From the NCBI RefSeq assembly GCF_036321535.1, contig NC_087436.1, positions 120,158,001-120,222,000 of the forward strand: a stretch of 64,000 nucleotides of DNA, given 5' to 3'. Both the position numbers and the translations under genes were made by a program. The DNA is from Camelus dromedarius (taxonomy: Eukaryota). Of the stretch, positions 14,473 through 26,480 are shown piece after piece; the first letter of the stretch is position 1, and every line of letters begins with the position of its first letter. The notes under the pieces were generated by a model that searched no databases, was not told the DNA's origin, and saw nothing but the letters and a program-made list of their open reading frames with translations.

Positions 14473-14606
14473 CAGTGCTTCTCAAAATTTCACGGGCTAT
14501 GACTCAGTGGGTGGTCTTGTTAAAATGCAGATTCTGAGTCAGCAGGTCTAGGAGTCTGCCTTTCTACGATGCTCCCAGTCCACAGGTCCCCCTTTGAGAA
14601 GCCAGG
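14473..14606. mobile_element. MER5-like hAT-Charlie MITE
   Basis: cagtgcttctcaaa...cttgttaaaatgcagattctgagtcagcaggtct...ctttgagaagcc, with terminal inverted motifs. Confidence 0.75.
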
Positions 14607-14949
14607 CCCTAACCCACACTGAGTCTGATGGACCAAGGAAAGGGCGTGTCCCATGTAGAAGTGGGGGAGAGACAGGCTCCTTAAGGAGACAATGAAGACG
14701 CTGCTGCTGCCACCACTCACCTTCCCGCCGACAACTCAGTGAGCACCAGGGGCCTCCAACAGGACCCGACTTCAAACCACCAGCACAGGAGGCAGGAGGA
14801 GACAGCTGGATAAGGAATAAGCATCCCCAAAGACGTGCCTGCACTGCATCTGGCTGATATTCTCCAAAACGTCAGGTTCAACCAGAGCCAAAATGACCTG
14901 ATACCAGGGTTCAGTCTGTGCATAAGTTTATCCATACCCTCACCCAAGT

Positions 14950-15155
14950 CGGGGGGTTGGGAGGGGACTGCCAGACCTGGCCTGAAGCCTGTTTTTCTAA
15001 GTACAGTTTTATTGGGACACAGCCACGCCCATTCATTTACATACCGTCTAAGGCTTCTTTCAGGCCAGGAGAGCCCTGTACAGTGACCGCACAGCCACCT
15101 GAAGCCTAAAATACTTACAATGTGACCTTTTATTGAAAAGCTTTTTTCACCTCTG
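14950..15155. mobile_element. MER58-like hAT element
   Basis: gttttattgggacacagccacgcccattcatttac...aagcctaaaatacttac. Confidence 0.8.
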
Positions 15156-15418
15156 ATCAGAGTATTCAGGGAAATAAACTCCAAAAAGGAAACCCAGAAA
15201 TCCCAGACACTGGAGACAATTTCAACATTGCAGAAGCAATTCAGAGCAGCGTAAACTCGGGGACAGATAAGAATTGTATTTTCAGGCAAGCCTGGTAGGA
15301 GCCAGGCAACAGGTCGGCAGTCAGAAACCAGAGGCCCGAGCCACTGACCCAGCGCCGTCGTTCTCCTGCTGGTAACGCCGACTCTGCATCACAGGGAGAC
15401 GAATGAGTATGACTTGTG

Positions 15419-15578
15419 TTTTTTTTTTTTTTTTAATTTTTAATTTTTAATTTAAAAAAAATTGGGGGGAGGGAGGAAATTAGGTTTTTTATTTACTTAA
15501 TGGAAGTGCTGGGGATTGAATCCAGGACCTCATGTGTGCTAAGCATGCGCTCTCCCACAGAGCTATATCCGCCCACCC
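15419..15578 (-). mobile_element. Camelid Vic-type tRNA-derived SINE
   Basis: Minus strand reads ggatatagctctgtgggagagcgcatgcttagcacacatgaggtcctggattcaatccccagcac, then an A-rich tail. Degenerate TSD gacttgtgttt / gatcagtgttt. Confidence 0.88.
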
Positions 15579-17269
15579 GATCAGTGTTTGAATCCACTAG
15601 CCTCCACAAACGCTTCCACTCCTCATGTGAGTCCAGTCCATCATCCTTTCCTTCAGTGACCCCGTATGAGATAGGCCACGAACAGAGAAACCTGCAGCAG
15701 GGCTTCTGAGTTACTCTGGTCCCTGCCATTCGTCATCATGAGATACTGAGCCCCAGGCTCCAATCCCCTCAGGTCCCTTCTGACAGCAGAAGAGGATGAG
15801 CCTCCAGGGCTCCTGACAGCAGGCACAGCATGAGGCTCGGCTGCAAGGGGAAGGAGGGCTGGCAGGCCCCCCAGGGACAGCGGGCTGGAGGGCCGTCTGT
15901 CCTCTGCCTACTCCCCTGGCAGATGGGGCCCAGCACCGAGCTGTGTGGATGGGGAGAGCGTGGGCATCAGGGTCTGGGCGACATATGTCAGTGTGTTGAT
16001 GGAAGCCAATTAAAGAGGCGGCTGGCCTGACAGCAGCTTTCAGGGTTTGGAGCTGCAGGGCTCAGACCCGCACGATCTGGGACCCACTGAAATGTGACGA
16101 CAGGATGGTCTCTACACTGGGAGTGAGCACAGTGTTGAAGAGACTGAGCTGAAATTCCACTCCACCACTTCCTAGATGCCTCCTTGAGGACGCAGGGACA
16201 TCGTTACCCCTCTCTCCATAAAATGAGGATGAGCAGAGCCTTGTTATCAGTTTTTGATTTTTCTTAAAATGTCTTTACTTGAAGAACTCAGCACAGAAAA
16301 GGTCCTAGACAAGTTTTGACTATTACCACTACCACCACCACCATGAGTATAATTATTATATGTAAAAAAAAAAAATTTTTTAAGGATAGTCTCCACCTTA
16401 AAGAGTAGTTATAAGACTTAAATAAAGATAATATGTAACTTGCCTGATCCAGAGCATTCACAGCACATAGTAAGTTCTCCAAAAACTGCAGCTATTCCTC
16501 CCCGGAGAAACCCCGTGTGTTTCACGAACCACCAATAAACCAAACAACAACGGCTCTTCCAAAAAAGTCATTTAAAAAATGTTAATAACAATATAATCTG
16601 TGGGACAGATATTGTCATTTCATAGATGAGAAAACTCTCAGGAAGGTTAATAACTCACCGAAGGACATCAAACTAACCTGTAACAGACTACATGTCATTA
16701 ACAACAGCTGGCTCTCAAACATATTAGCAGTTTTGGCAACTACCAGCCCAATAATCTTTGCTTCAATAAAGTAAAAACCACCACCACCACCACCACCACC
16801 AAACATACTCTCACCTTACCATTTAGATATGAAAGTGCGTATCCTCCTGAAAAATATTTCTTTTTAGAATTAAGCCAAAAAGCCCTATTTCTACAGAGTA
16901 ATTTTCTTTGTAAAGCCCAAAACGCATATAACCCACAATTAAAAGAGATTTTTTTATACACATTTAGTTTTCTGGTTAAAGGATGTTTACCTGCTCCCCA
17001 GGATGAGGGTCCAGAGGTTACAAGACAATCATACTTCATACCATCATGTCTAACCATCTCAAAGAAACCTTATTTATCAAACCAACTACCTGCAAAGAGA
17101 AGTCTAGATCACTTTCCAAGCTCTGTCTGGTCCACTATTCCTCTGTCCCCACCCTCCCCGGATACAGCTCCTACAGAGTGGCATCTGCTACAAGCCCTAC
17201 CCTCACTCCCTGGCCCTCACCCCGTCCACCCAGCAGCCTCCAACAGTGTCCCCATCACCGGCTCTTCTG

Positions 17270-17960
17270 CAAACAGTTTTTCCAGCTTGGTTTCAGGACA
17301 CCTCTTTCTGGTTTCCTCTCGTCTTTCCAATCTCTGAATGTTGAAGTGACCCAGGTTCCAACTCTGGGCTTTTCTCTTCCCCTAAAGGCACACTCATTTC
17401 CTAGGTGATTGCCTCCAAGCCTGTGATTTTAACTCCAGTGACCATCCCGAAAGGTCTTGCTTCAGTCTATACCTCGCCCTCAACTCCAAACTCATATTTC
17501 CAGTTGCCTTCTGTGGGGAAACTGGACTTCATCGAGCCTTCCCGAGGAATGCTGAGGGAGATGAGGCGCCACACGTGGGGCCGGTGATAGGAGGTACGAT
17601 TCAGAATTACGGGAACAAAACATCAGAGAAAACTGATGGCGACTTATGGAAACCAGGACGGCAGAGTAAGCGCGCTGCATCCGCCGCTGCGAGCTGCACA
17701 CCAGCCGTTCAGCCCTGGGGGGACAACGCAGAGGCTGCAGGCTTCACTCCAAGTGAAGCGAGCTGAGACACCAGGCGGCTCTGCAGCCACTCTGGGCGCA
17801 GAGGGTCAGTCCGGCTTAACGAGACCAGCTACTTCTATCTTCATATTGTTCCCGTTCTTTGACATCTTGCTTTCTATTTCTTTCTCCCCAGACACTTCAT
17901 GGCCTGGGCACTTGGACCTCAGATTCAGCATCCCCCCAGCAACCAGCCAAAACCTGGCTG
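17270..17960 (+). mobile_element. L2 LINE fragment split by the 17512-17894 insertion
   Basis: Pyrimidine-rich L2-like text (caactccaaactcatatttccagttgcct) that resumes after the insertion. Confidence 0.55.
17512..17894. mobile_element. Putative ERV1-class solo LTR, family not recognised
   Basis: TG...CA termini, imperfect terminal inverted repeat tgtggggaaa / tttctccccagaca, 4-bp TSD CTTC (17508-17511 and 17895-17898). Confidence 0.55.
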
Positions 17961-18554
17961 AACGCTGAGTTAATCCTGACTTCTTAGAACCTGCAAGAAT
18001 GACATTCTTGAAGATGACAATTATCACTGGAGTCTCCAAAAATCTGGAACGTTGCCAGGAGAAAGTGTGAAAGAACACGGCTGCAAACCCAAACGCTTCC
18101 CACCTGCCCGAGGAAGAGGAAGAGGAACAGCAGTAACACTCCTGAGCTAACACCTCTGTTCAAGTTCACTCAGCAAACTGTCCTTCGCGGTATCTGTGTG
18201 CTAAGTCGCCATCCTTTGCCGCCGCCTGAAACTGTCTGCTTTAAAATAAATAAGTAAGGAGCCCCGGATGCGGACAGAGACGGGCAGATAATAAGAAACC
18301 AATACAAACTGAATAAGCTGGAGTATGATCATGAGGTCGGCGCAGCAGGCCACCTCACAGGAAACGATGACTCCCATCTCTGCCCGTGAGCTGCGCCCTG
18401 CCCCACCCCCGCCCACTTACTCTAAGTACGGTCTAACCAAAGTAGCCTTTAGAAAGAAATAAATGTAAACATACTGCACAGAATCTGCTTCTGAACAGGT
18501 GTCTTGTGACCAACAAGAAACTGTAAGCCCAGCTTTTAAAACTGTACAAGCCTC

Positions 18555-19163
18555 TAGCAGCACTATTTACAATAACCAAGACATGGAAGCAACCTAAATG
18601 TCCATTGACAGAGGCCTGGATAAAGAAGCTGTGGTATATTTATACAATGAAATACTGCTCAGCCATAAAAAGTAATAAAATAATGCCACTTGCAGCAACA
18701 TGGGTGAAACTAGAGACTGTCATTCTAAGTGAAGTAAGCCAGAAACAGAAAGAAAAATACCATATGATACCACTCATACGTGGAATCTAAAAAAAGGAAA
18801 AAAAGACACTAATGAACTCATCTACAAAACAGACAGACTTGAAGACACAGTAAACAATCTTATGGTTACCAGGGGAAGTGGGTAGGAAGGGATAAATTTG
18901 GGAGTTTGAGATTTGCAAATGTTTGTCACTATATATAAAAAAAGATTTAAAAAATTTATTCCGTATAGCACAGGGAACTATACTCAATATCTTGTAATAC
19001 CCTTTAATGAAAAATATGAAAACAAATACACATATGTATCTGCATGACTGGGACACTGTGCTGCACACCAGAAAGTGACACGCCGTTACTGACCATACTT
19101 CCATTAAAATAAAAAAATAAATTAAATAAAGTTCAAGAAACAGTCCTGGAGAAAAAAAGAAAT
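18555..19163 (+). mobile_element. 5'-truncated camelid L1 with a perfect TSD
   Basis: L1 ORF2 end (AWIKKLWYIYTMKYCSAIK) and 3' UTR. TSD aaaactgtacaagcctc at 18538-18554 and 19164-19180, at a tttt/aaaa site. Confidence 0.93.
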
Positions 19164-22100
19164 AAAACTGTACAAGCCTCCTAAGTGTATCGGCATTGCC
19201 ACACTTCAACTCCGGCACACCACCACACGGTGAGGATGGAGTCATTCACCAAAACACAGGAATGAACGGCGGAATCGGTGTGGAGTGGAATCAGAGGAAG
19301 CACAACTCACAGTTTAGAGAAACGGGTCAAGATGCTGCTCGGTTCCAACCCTAAAGTGAACGAGCGTCAGGGACACAGGCACGTTCATTTCTCTGGTCCT
19401 GTTTCTGCACTCGCGGGAAAAAGAGCTTCAGACTCGGTAGCCTCTGTTACTTCCCAACTCCACCTGCTGGCCTCGACTGTAGTCCTAATCTCCCATTTGG
19501 TACATAAAAGTATTTTCTCTATAACAGGAGTAAATTTCTGTTAAATGCAGTTTGAGGCCTACAATACAAAGAACATACCCATGTAACTTTAAGCATGATT
19601 ACAAGGCGAATTCATAAATAAGATGTAAGGTGTGGCCATCTGTCTGTCTGCCTAGGACGGAGATGGAAGAGGACTCACTTAACAAAGCTAGAATTCCTGT
19701 GATGCGACAACTTTCTCACTCCAGGACCAGCTCGCATCAAGCCCCTGACTTCCTTCTGACATCAGACTTGGGTACCAGACTTTTCCATGGCTTTCCACCC
19801 ATGATTGACACACCTGGTGCATCCTGGTGAACAGAGCTCGATTACTACCATCTTCATCTCTCGCTCTGCAGAACGACATACTTTCCAGGCTATACGATGT
19901 GCAGGGTGCAGCAGCCCCAAGACTGACCTCCGCATGGACGGCGGGCACTGGGACAACACCCCTCCCCACCCTATGCTCCTGCCCAGCCTCCGAACACCTG
20001 TGGCCGGTGCTGTCCACCTCGGGAGAGATCAGAGGAGGAACGGAGAGGCAGGGAAGCACCTCCCGGCAAGCTCCTCTGGATTTCATGAAGGTTTGAGAAG
20101 GGGGCTGAACTAGTTCAGTTGCTGTTTTTCTAGAACCTGAATTCAGACGAGATAGGAGATGTCTTTAATAAGCGTACCTCTCTGGCGCGCAGTGAGGTGC
20201 CCGGATAATCGTTTAGAGAATCCAATTTATGTTCTAAGTTTCATATCTTTGCATAAACAAAGCCCCAGGGACTTTGCAGTGGAGAACACCTCTTATTTAC
20301 ATCAATAATCTACACAGTTAACTACTACAGAAGACTTTGGTTTGCTTATGTCATTTTTAAAAAACACCATATAGATTTGAACTGTAAGAGAGAAGGCAGA
20401 CTTTTGATAGCTCTGCTTCAGAATTCTGAGTGGTGCAAATAAACTTTCAGAAGTTCAACACCACCAGCCGTCTATCTTCACTGACTGCAACAGGAGCAAT
20501 CCTTCTGGTCCCAGCTGGTGAGGGGACAGATAATCACCCGTTCCCCATGGGCTCAGCCAGTCTTAAATCCCAATGCAACGCACGGGAATAAAAAGCTATC
20601 AATGGCCAAACATCTAAATACGTACCCCACCTCACCATCTGCTTCTTCTGTCACTCAGATTTAAAATGTGTAAGACGGCTATCAGAGGGCAGGGCTGGCC
20701 TGCATCTGTTGTTCTAAAATTGTGGCTGATGACCAGCCGCATGATAGCTGCTAACCAGATCCGGCTGTGCCTTACACAGGAGCCTACAGTTCGAGACTGA
20801 GAATAAAAGGGAAACTGCAATTCTCTGGTTCGATTTTTTTTTCCTTTTTTCTACATTTGCTGTTCTCCAAATTCCTTCTTTCGTCTTATCTGTTTTATAA
20901 AATTTATGAGAAAAGGAAAGGCCCTGTGAAGTTTCAGGTATTGTGGAAAACCACCACAGGATACTAGACTTGTGAACATTGTTTTAAGCTGCTGGGTTTT
21001 TTCTCTGAGCCCATGACAGCAGAGTACATTTTCTCCTTTGTTATTACACACTCAGAGTCAAGGAAGATGGCTTTAGCAGTAAGAGGGCAGCAGGTGAGCA
21101 GTTAAGAGGCTCTGGGAAGACAGGCATAGGTCCTGGTCCCAACTCTACCTAGGCGACCCTGCGCAAACCGCTTTCCTGTGCCCCGTGCTTCATTTTCCCC
21201 CTGCACAAGGGATGTATGAGCCTGGGACTCTAGGCTCCAGCTGCTCTTCACATCACAGATGGGACAACATTACACCCCTACGTGAAAAGCTATGAAGCTT
21301 AGCTGATCTCCTAGCCTGTCCACGTGTCTCCACTCGGGCCCGCTGCCCTCCCCCAGGTACTTGGGGTGTACCTGGCATGACAGCCACCCAGCAGCACCTG
21401 CCCAACCCCAGCTGCTCCATGACAGTGCTCCATTCCTCATTCAGGCAGCTGTGTCCAAAAGCATTTTTCGTCATGTGGCAAAGAGAAGAACAGTTTATTT
21501 CCACCCCATTCACTCAGGCACCAGTGACAGAGCAGTGAGCACCAGTGACGATCATCTCGGCCTTCAGAGAGCCCTCGCGGAGAGGTGAGACAGACGAACC
21601 GGAAATACCTTAGAGAGTGATAAATACACCAAGAAAGGAGAGAAAGAATGTCCTTAGCAACAACGTGTGGAGAGGCTAATGTCATGAAACGTAAACAGCA
21701 ACAGGATCCCAGAGGAAGAGCAGGACAGACTGACTGTAACAAGACACGCTTCTCTTCCCTCCTCATAACGGGGGAAAAAAAAATGTGTGTGTTTAGGGGC
21801 ATAGGGGGGTTTCATCAAAATTAGGGCAATGTTTTAAGATGGCTGCAGATTTCAGATGTCTGATAGACAAACTCACGCATTACAAGGAAGTCTCTCAACC
21901 ATATGACCAATGGTTGAATGTCTTTTTAGAAAAACTTTTAAATATGGGCACATGTGTTTGTTTATTTGCACGCTTTGCGCTGGCGCACGTGCAAGCTGGG
22001 CTAACAGATTGTCCGTGTTTTGCCAAATTTGCCAGCTTGCCATAAACAGGCTTCTGCGCCTCTTCTAATTGTTTTATAAATAGCACAAACACCCAAATAT

Positions 22101-22838
22101 GCAGATTAAGCCAAGCTGTCCCTTCAGCAACTGCAGCTGTTGACGACAGCAAGCGACGCCTGGCCAAATCCACCCGAGCAGACGGCTGCCGGGCGGATTC
22201 CACAACGTGACCCGTTTTCCCTTAGCACGTGGAGGACGGCGGAGGCACCCGCTTGCCACCCAGACAGGCTGCACTTTATTGTCTGGATAAACACTACTTC
22301 CTGCCTTCTTGCTGTACCATCCCGGACAGTTTTCATGTTTGCTGCCCATCCTGTAATCCTCCCAACCGTCCTGTGACACAGACGTGCTACTGCTCCCATT
22401 TTACAGATAAAAGAGCAGAGGATCCAAGGAGCTGCCAGGATTACATGGCTGATGGGCACCCGATCCACAGCTGTAGTCTCCACGCCCAGAGCCATGCTTC
22501 TTCCATCACTATTTATATAGGATTGAATTCAGGTTCTTTCCAGTATGGCCACAGCCCAGGGATGTTTACACGATAATACTTTTTCCTCTAAAGTCTGGAA
22601 TAATAATACTGTGCATTTACCAGAGGCCAAGTTCTGAGTTTTATCTTCACTTAACTCTCACTGCAGCCTTATTAAATCAGTACCACATCATCTCCCATGT
22701 TAGAGATGGCGAAGCCAAGGCAGAGAAAGGGGAAGTAATTTGTAATCTGTCCATGGTCACAGGTTATCTAGTATTTTCTCTCAAATTTTCAAAAGTGAAT
22801 CTTATTTTAATTACAAATGTTATTAAAAATTAGAAGTC

Positions 22839-23074
22839 GGGGGGGTGGGAAGGGACAGACTGGGATTTCAAAATGTAGAATAGATAAACAAGATTGTACT
22901 GTGTAGCACAGGGAAATATATACAGGATCTTGTGGTGGCTCACAGCGAAAGAGAATGTGACAATGAATGTATGTATGTTCATGTATAACTGAAAAATTGT
23001 GCCCTACACTGGAATTTGACACAACATTGTAAAATGACTATAACTTAATAAAAAATATTAAACTTAAAAAAAAA
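22839..23074 (+). mobile_element. Young-looking camelid L1 3' end
   Basis: ggtgggaagggacagactgggatttcaaaatgtagaatagataaacaag...acattgtaaaatgactataac, then an A tail. Confidence 0.85.
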
Positions 23075-24269
23075 GTAATTGAGACTCACAAAATAATAAA
23101 AGAGCAATAATAAGAACTCAGAATTACACAAAACAGTGAAATTTCCCCCTTCACTAAACCTCTAATCCCAGTCCCACCTCAGGGGTAGCCATGGTAACAG
23201 TACATTCCACATCCCCCCGGGGCCTCCCCCCGCACCCAGAAATAACCGCACGCACAGTGAACACTACCTGTTGCTGCGGTGTCAGGGGAGGGACCCGAGC
23301 GGCTTCAGCCACCACAACCTTCAGTCCATGAGGCAAATCCACCCCCACCACAAGTAAGCAGAGTCCAAGGAGTCAGGCTGTCACACAAAGGGCGCTCCCC
23401 TCCTCCGCCACCCCTGCAGGGCTGCACATGGTCATCTCGGCTTCCACCACAGCTGCAGGACACACGACGGTGCACCCAGATTCCTCTCCAAACAGGCTCC
23501 CTCGGGATCGGCCTCAGTGTCAGAGGAGAACGCCTTGCCCTTGGCAGCCTTGTCCCCTGAAAGCAGGTAAAGGCTGGGCCACTCCAGATGCAAGGGGACG
23601 CTCTGGCAGGTGGTCCCCATCCGAGCATCTCTTGGACTGGTTGCAGCTCTGCAGTTTGTTCCTCCCTCCGCCTTCCCTCCAAGTGACTCACAGACCTCTC
23701 CCCGCAACACCCATGCCCACAGGACCTGTCCCTGGAGGACCCAGCCGCGGCAGGATCTGTTCACCCTCCGAAGACACCCTCAGCACCCGCTACTCTCCCC
23801 ACCCCCTCACCACATCCTGTCTTGTCTTTGCAACGGTGGAGGATTAGTTCACTGCTTAAGGTTTTCACTTTGTGAGTCCTTTTATATTTTATGAGAAACG
23901 CTCAGACCTGTCCTGGCGGAGATGTTTATACCAGGACACAGTGGCCTCCTCCCCACGCCGCTGCCACCACCATCTCCCACTGGCTCTCACTGGCTCTTTC
24001 CCACAACTAACACTAACTCCAGTGCAAGCACAGTATATACTTAATTAATGGGTGAACAATGTTTTGCTTTCCATTATAACCAAAGCCCACTTCTCAGCGC
24101 CCACCATGGACGCAAGGCCCGCGCAGGCCCAGGCAGCGCGGCAGAGTGAGGGTGCGGTGACGTGTCCCTTGGAGATCATGACCACAGCCCAGGGTAAGGG
24201 TCACAAAATATCCCACAGTCCACAAGATGCGAAGGACAAGTTAGAAAAGAAGAAAGAGCCAACGAACAT

Positions 24270-24750
24270 GACAAGTCATTCAACCTTGCTAACACTCAAA
24301 AATGCAAATTAAAACGATACCATCTGTTATTTATCCAATTGACAAATAATTGTCGTACGTGATCCTACTTAGTGAGGATCACTCGCATGCACTGCTCACG
24401 ACAGTGTGGATGGAGACCACCTTCCCGAAGAACAATTAACATGTCTCTCATGTGATCATACCCTGTAATCATCTCATTCCAGGAACAATCTGTCCCAGGA
24501 AAATAATCAGAGCCACACAGTAAGTTCTACAAACAAGGATTTTTTCATTACTTATAATAGCAATATAAACTGTAAAATTCAAAATCTAACATTGCATAAA
24601 CATTTAAGATATAATTTGAGATAATTATAAATCATGTTTTGAAAGAACATGTAATGATATGATAACATGTCCACTGTTGAAGAAGAGATCTAAAAAAGAT
24701 GTAATACCCATTTTATTAAAAATACACACATATTTATGTTTAGAAAAGCA
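24270..24750 (+). mobile_element. Ancient L1ME-like fragment
   Basis: aaaatgcaaattaaaacgataccat and further degraded L1 3' motifs. Confidence 0.55.
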
Positions 24751-24759
24751 CTTGGCCCT

Positions 24760-25215
24760 TGTCAGGGGTCCCCACAACCACCCCCCAAGGGTTGACAGTC
24801 AGCTAGGAGGACCTGGCACACAGGCATACTCAGAGCTATGAGTTATTAGAGCAAGAAGGTCCAAAGCAGAATCAGCAAACGGAAGAGGCACACAGGGCGA
24901 AATCCAGAGGAAACCAGGCACAAGCTTCCAGAATCCTCTCCCAGTGCAGCTGGGGAGACTCCCCAGGGTAGCACAGTGCTGGGGTTTTTACCAGGCGGTG
25001 GTCACACAGGCCCCCTCTGCCTGGCACGTCCCAAACTCCAGGCCCCCGGAAGAAAAGCAGGTGTTCAGGCACAAACCACACTGTCTGCACAACAGCTCAG
25101 GCAAAGTGAGGCACTCTTATCAGTCAGGGGGATGGGACGACCCTGACACCCAAGTTCCGGAGCGCCACCAGGGCCAGCCCTGCACGCGGGCCTCCCAGAA
25201 GCCTTCTGTGGGAAC
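24760..25215 (-). mobile_element. MER21-like LTR
   Basis: tgtcaggggtccccacaaccacccc...gaggaaaccaggcacaagcttcca...gaaaagcaggtgttcag. Confidence 0.8.
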
Positions 25216-26349
25216 ACTTTCCCACCAAGGCCAAAGTGGTAATGGTGATTACATCTGCCCGTGAGACTTACTTTCTTCTGTATCCTCTTCTATTTCCAGA
25301 TGCTCCACAACGAACATGTATTTCCTTTCTAATCGGGAGAGATGCTACTCTCTTTTAAAAGTTCTACCTGTTCTGCTTGTTGTGTCTGTACGATATCAAT
25401 TTCAGATTATATACAGGGAATGTATAAACTTCTCTGATACTCAGATAACGTAAGAAGAAAGACACCAGAGAACCGGCACCAGCTGAGAAGGTTGACAGAG
25501 TCCCAGGGCAGGTGAAGAAACAAGAGCCACAAGGGGCGGAGAGGTGAGGAGGAGAACGGAGGCAAAATCTCGATCGATGTCATTAAGATTTCCAATTTGA
25601 CCCCCAGTAAAAGGAGCCGTCACAAAATCACTTATAGCATGGTCTAACTCCATCTCCGGGATGATTTCTATTCTGAGGACCTATAGTGGCTGCTCAATAA
25701 CTCTTCCTGTCAACACAATTTTTTGTTGAAGATCATGCAGCCTTCTTACCTGTGCTTCCTTCTGATGATCAGAGTATACGATTTTAGGAGAATCTTCAAG
25801 TTACAAAAAAAAGACCAAAAAATATATGGACTTGGGATATGGTACCCAAAGTTCAAGCCATGAATCTCCCAGATTATTCATATGGTTAAGTTTCCTTATC
25901 AAGAAAAGTGGAGGAAAGTGCCACCTACCTAGCAGCTGGGAGGGTCAAATGACAAAGAGCTGTGTGTGGACTTTAATAATGATAAAATGTGGCTATCAGA
26001 AAATCCTCACACAATCCATTGACAAACGCCCCCTATGGAGGTTGTGTTGGGCACCAAGACACGGAGGGGAATAAAGCCAGCATGGTCCCAGAGAGCTCAG
26101 GGGCTCGCTGTTTACCAGGAGGAGGAAGGCATCAATGAGACACTCTCTCTTTCTGAGCAAATCGGGCGCATTTGCCTTCAGTGGTCTTCGCCAGGTGAGG
26201 CAGTGAGGCTTTAAGTTCCACGTCCTGACGGCGGGAAAGCAGTGCCAAACGCCCAGTAAATGACTCTGTGAAACATATTTCCAAAACAATTACATGTGAT
26301 TCAAAACTACATATAGGCTTGATATTTTCCAAAACTGAAAAGTACACGT

Positions 26350-26480
26350 AGCACAGGGGATGAGAGCCATTATCTTGTAATCACTTTTAATGGAGTATAA
26401 TCTGTAACAATATTGAACCACTATGCTGTACACCTGAAAATAATATTGGACATCAACTCTACTTCAGTTTAAAAATAAAT
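26350..26480 (+). mobile_element. Short L1 3' end
   Basis: tagcacagggga...ctatgctgtacacctgaaa...tcaactctacttcag. Confidence 0.75.

Noticed and set aside
14717..15289. 190-aa minus-strand ORF
   Set aside because: Runs through a MER58 element and has no domain signature.
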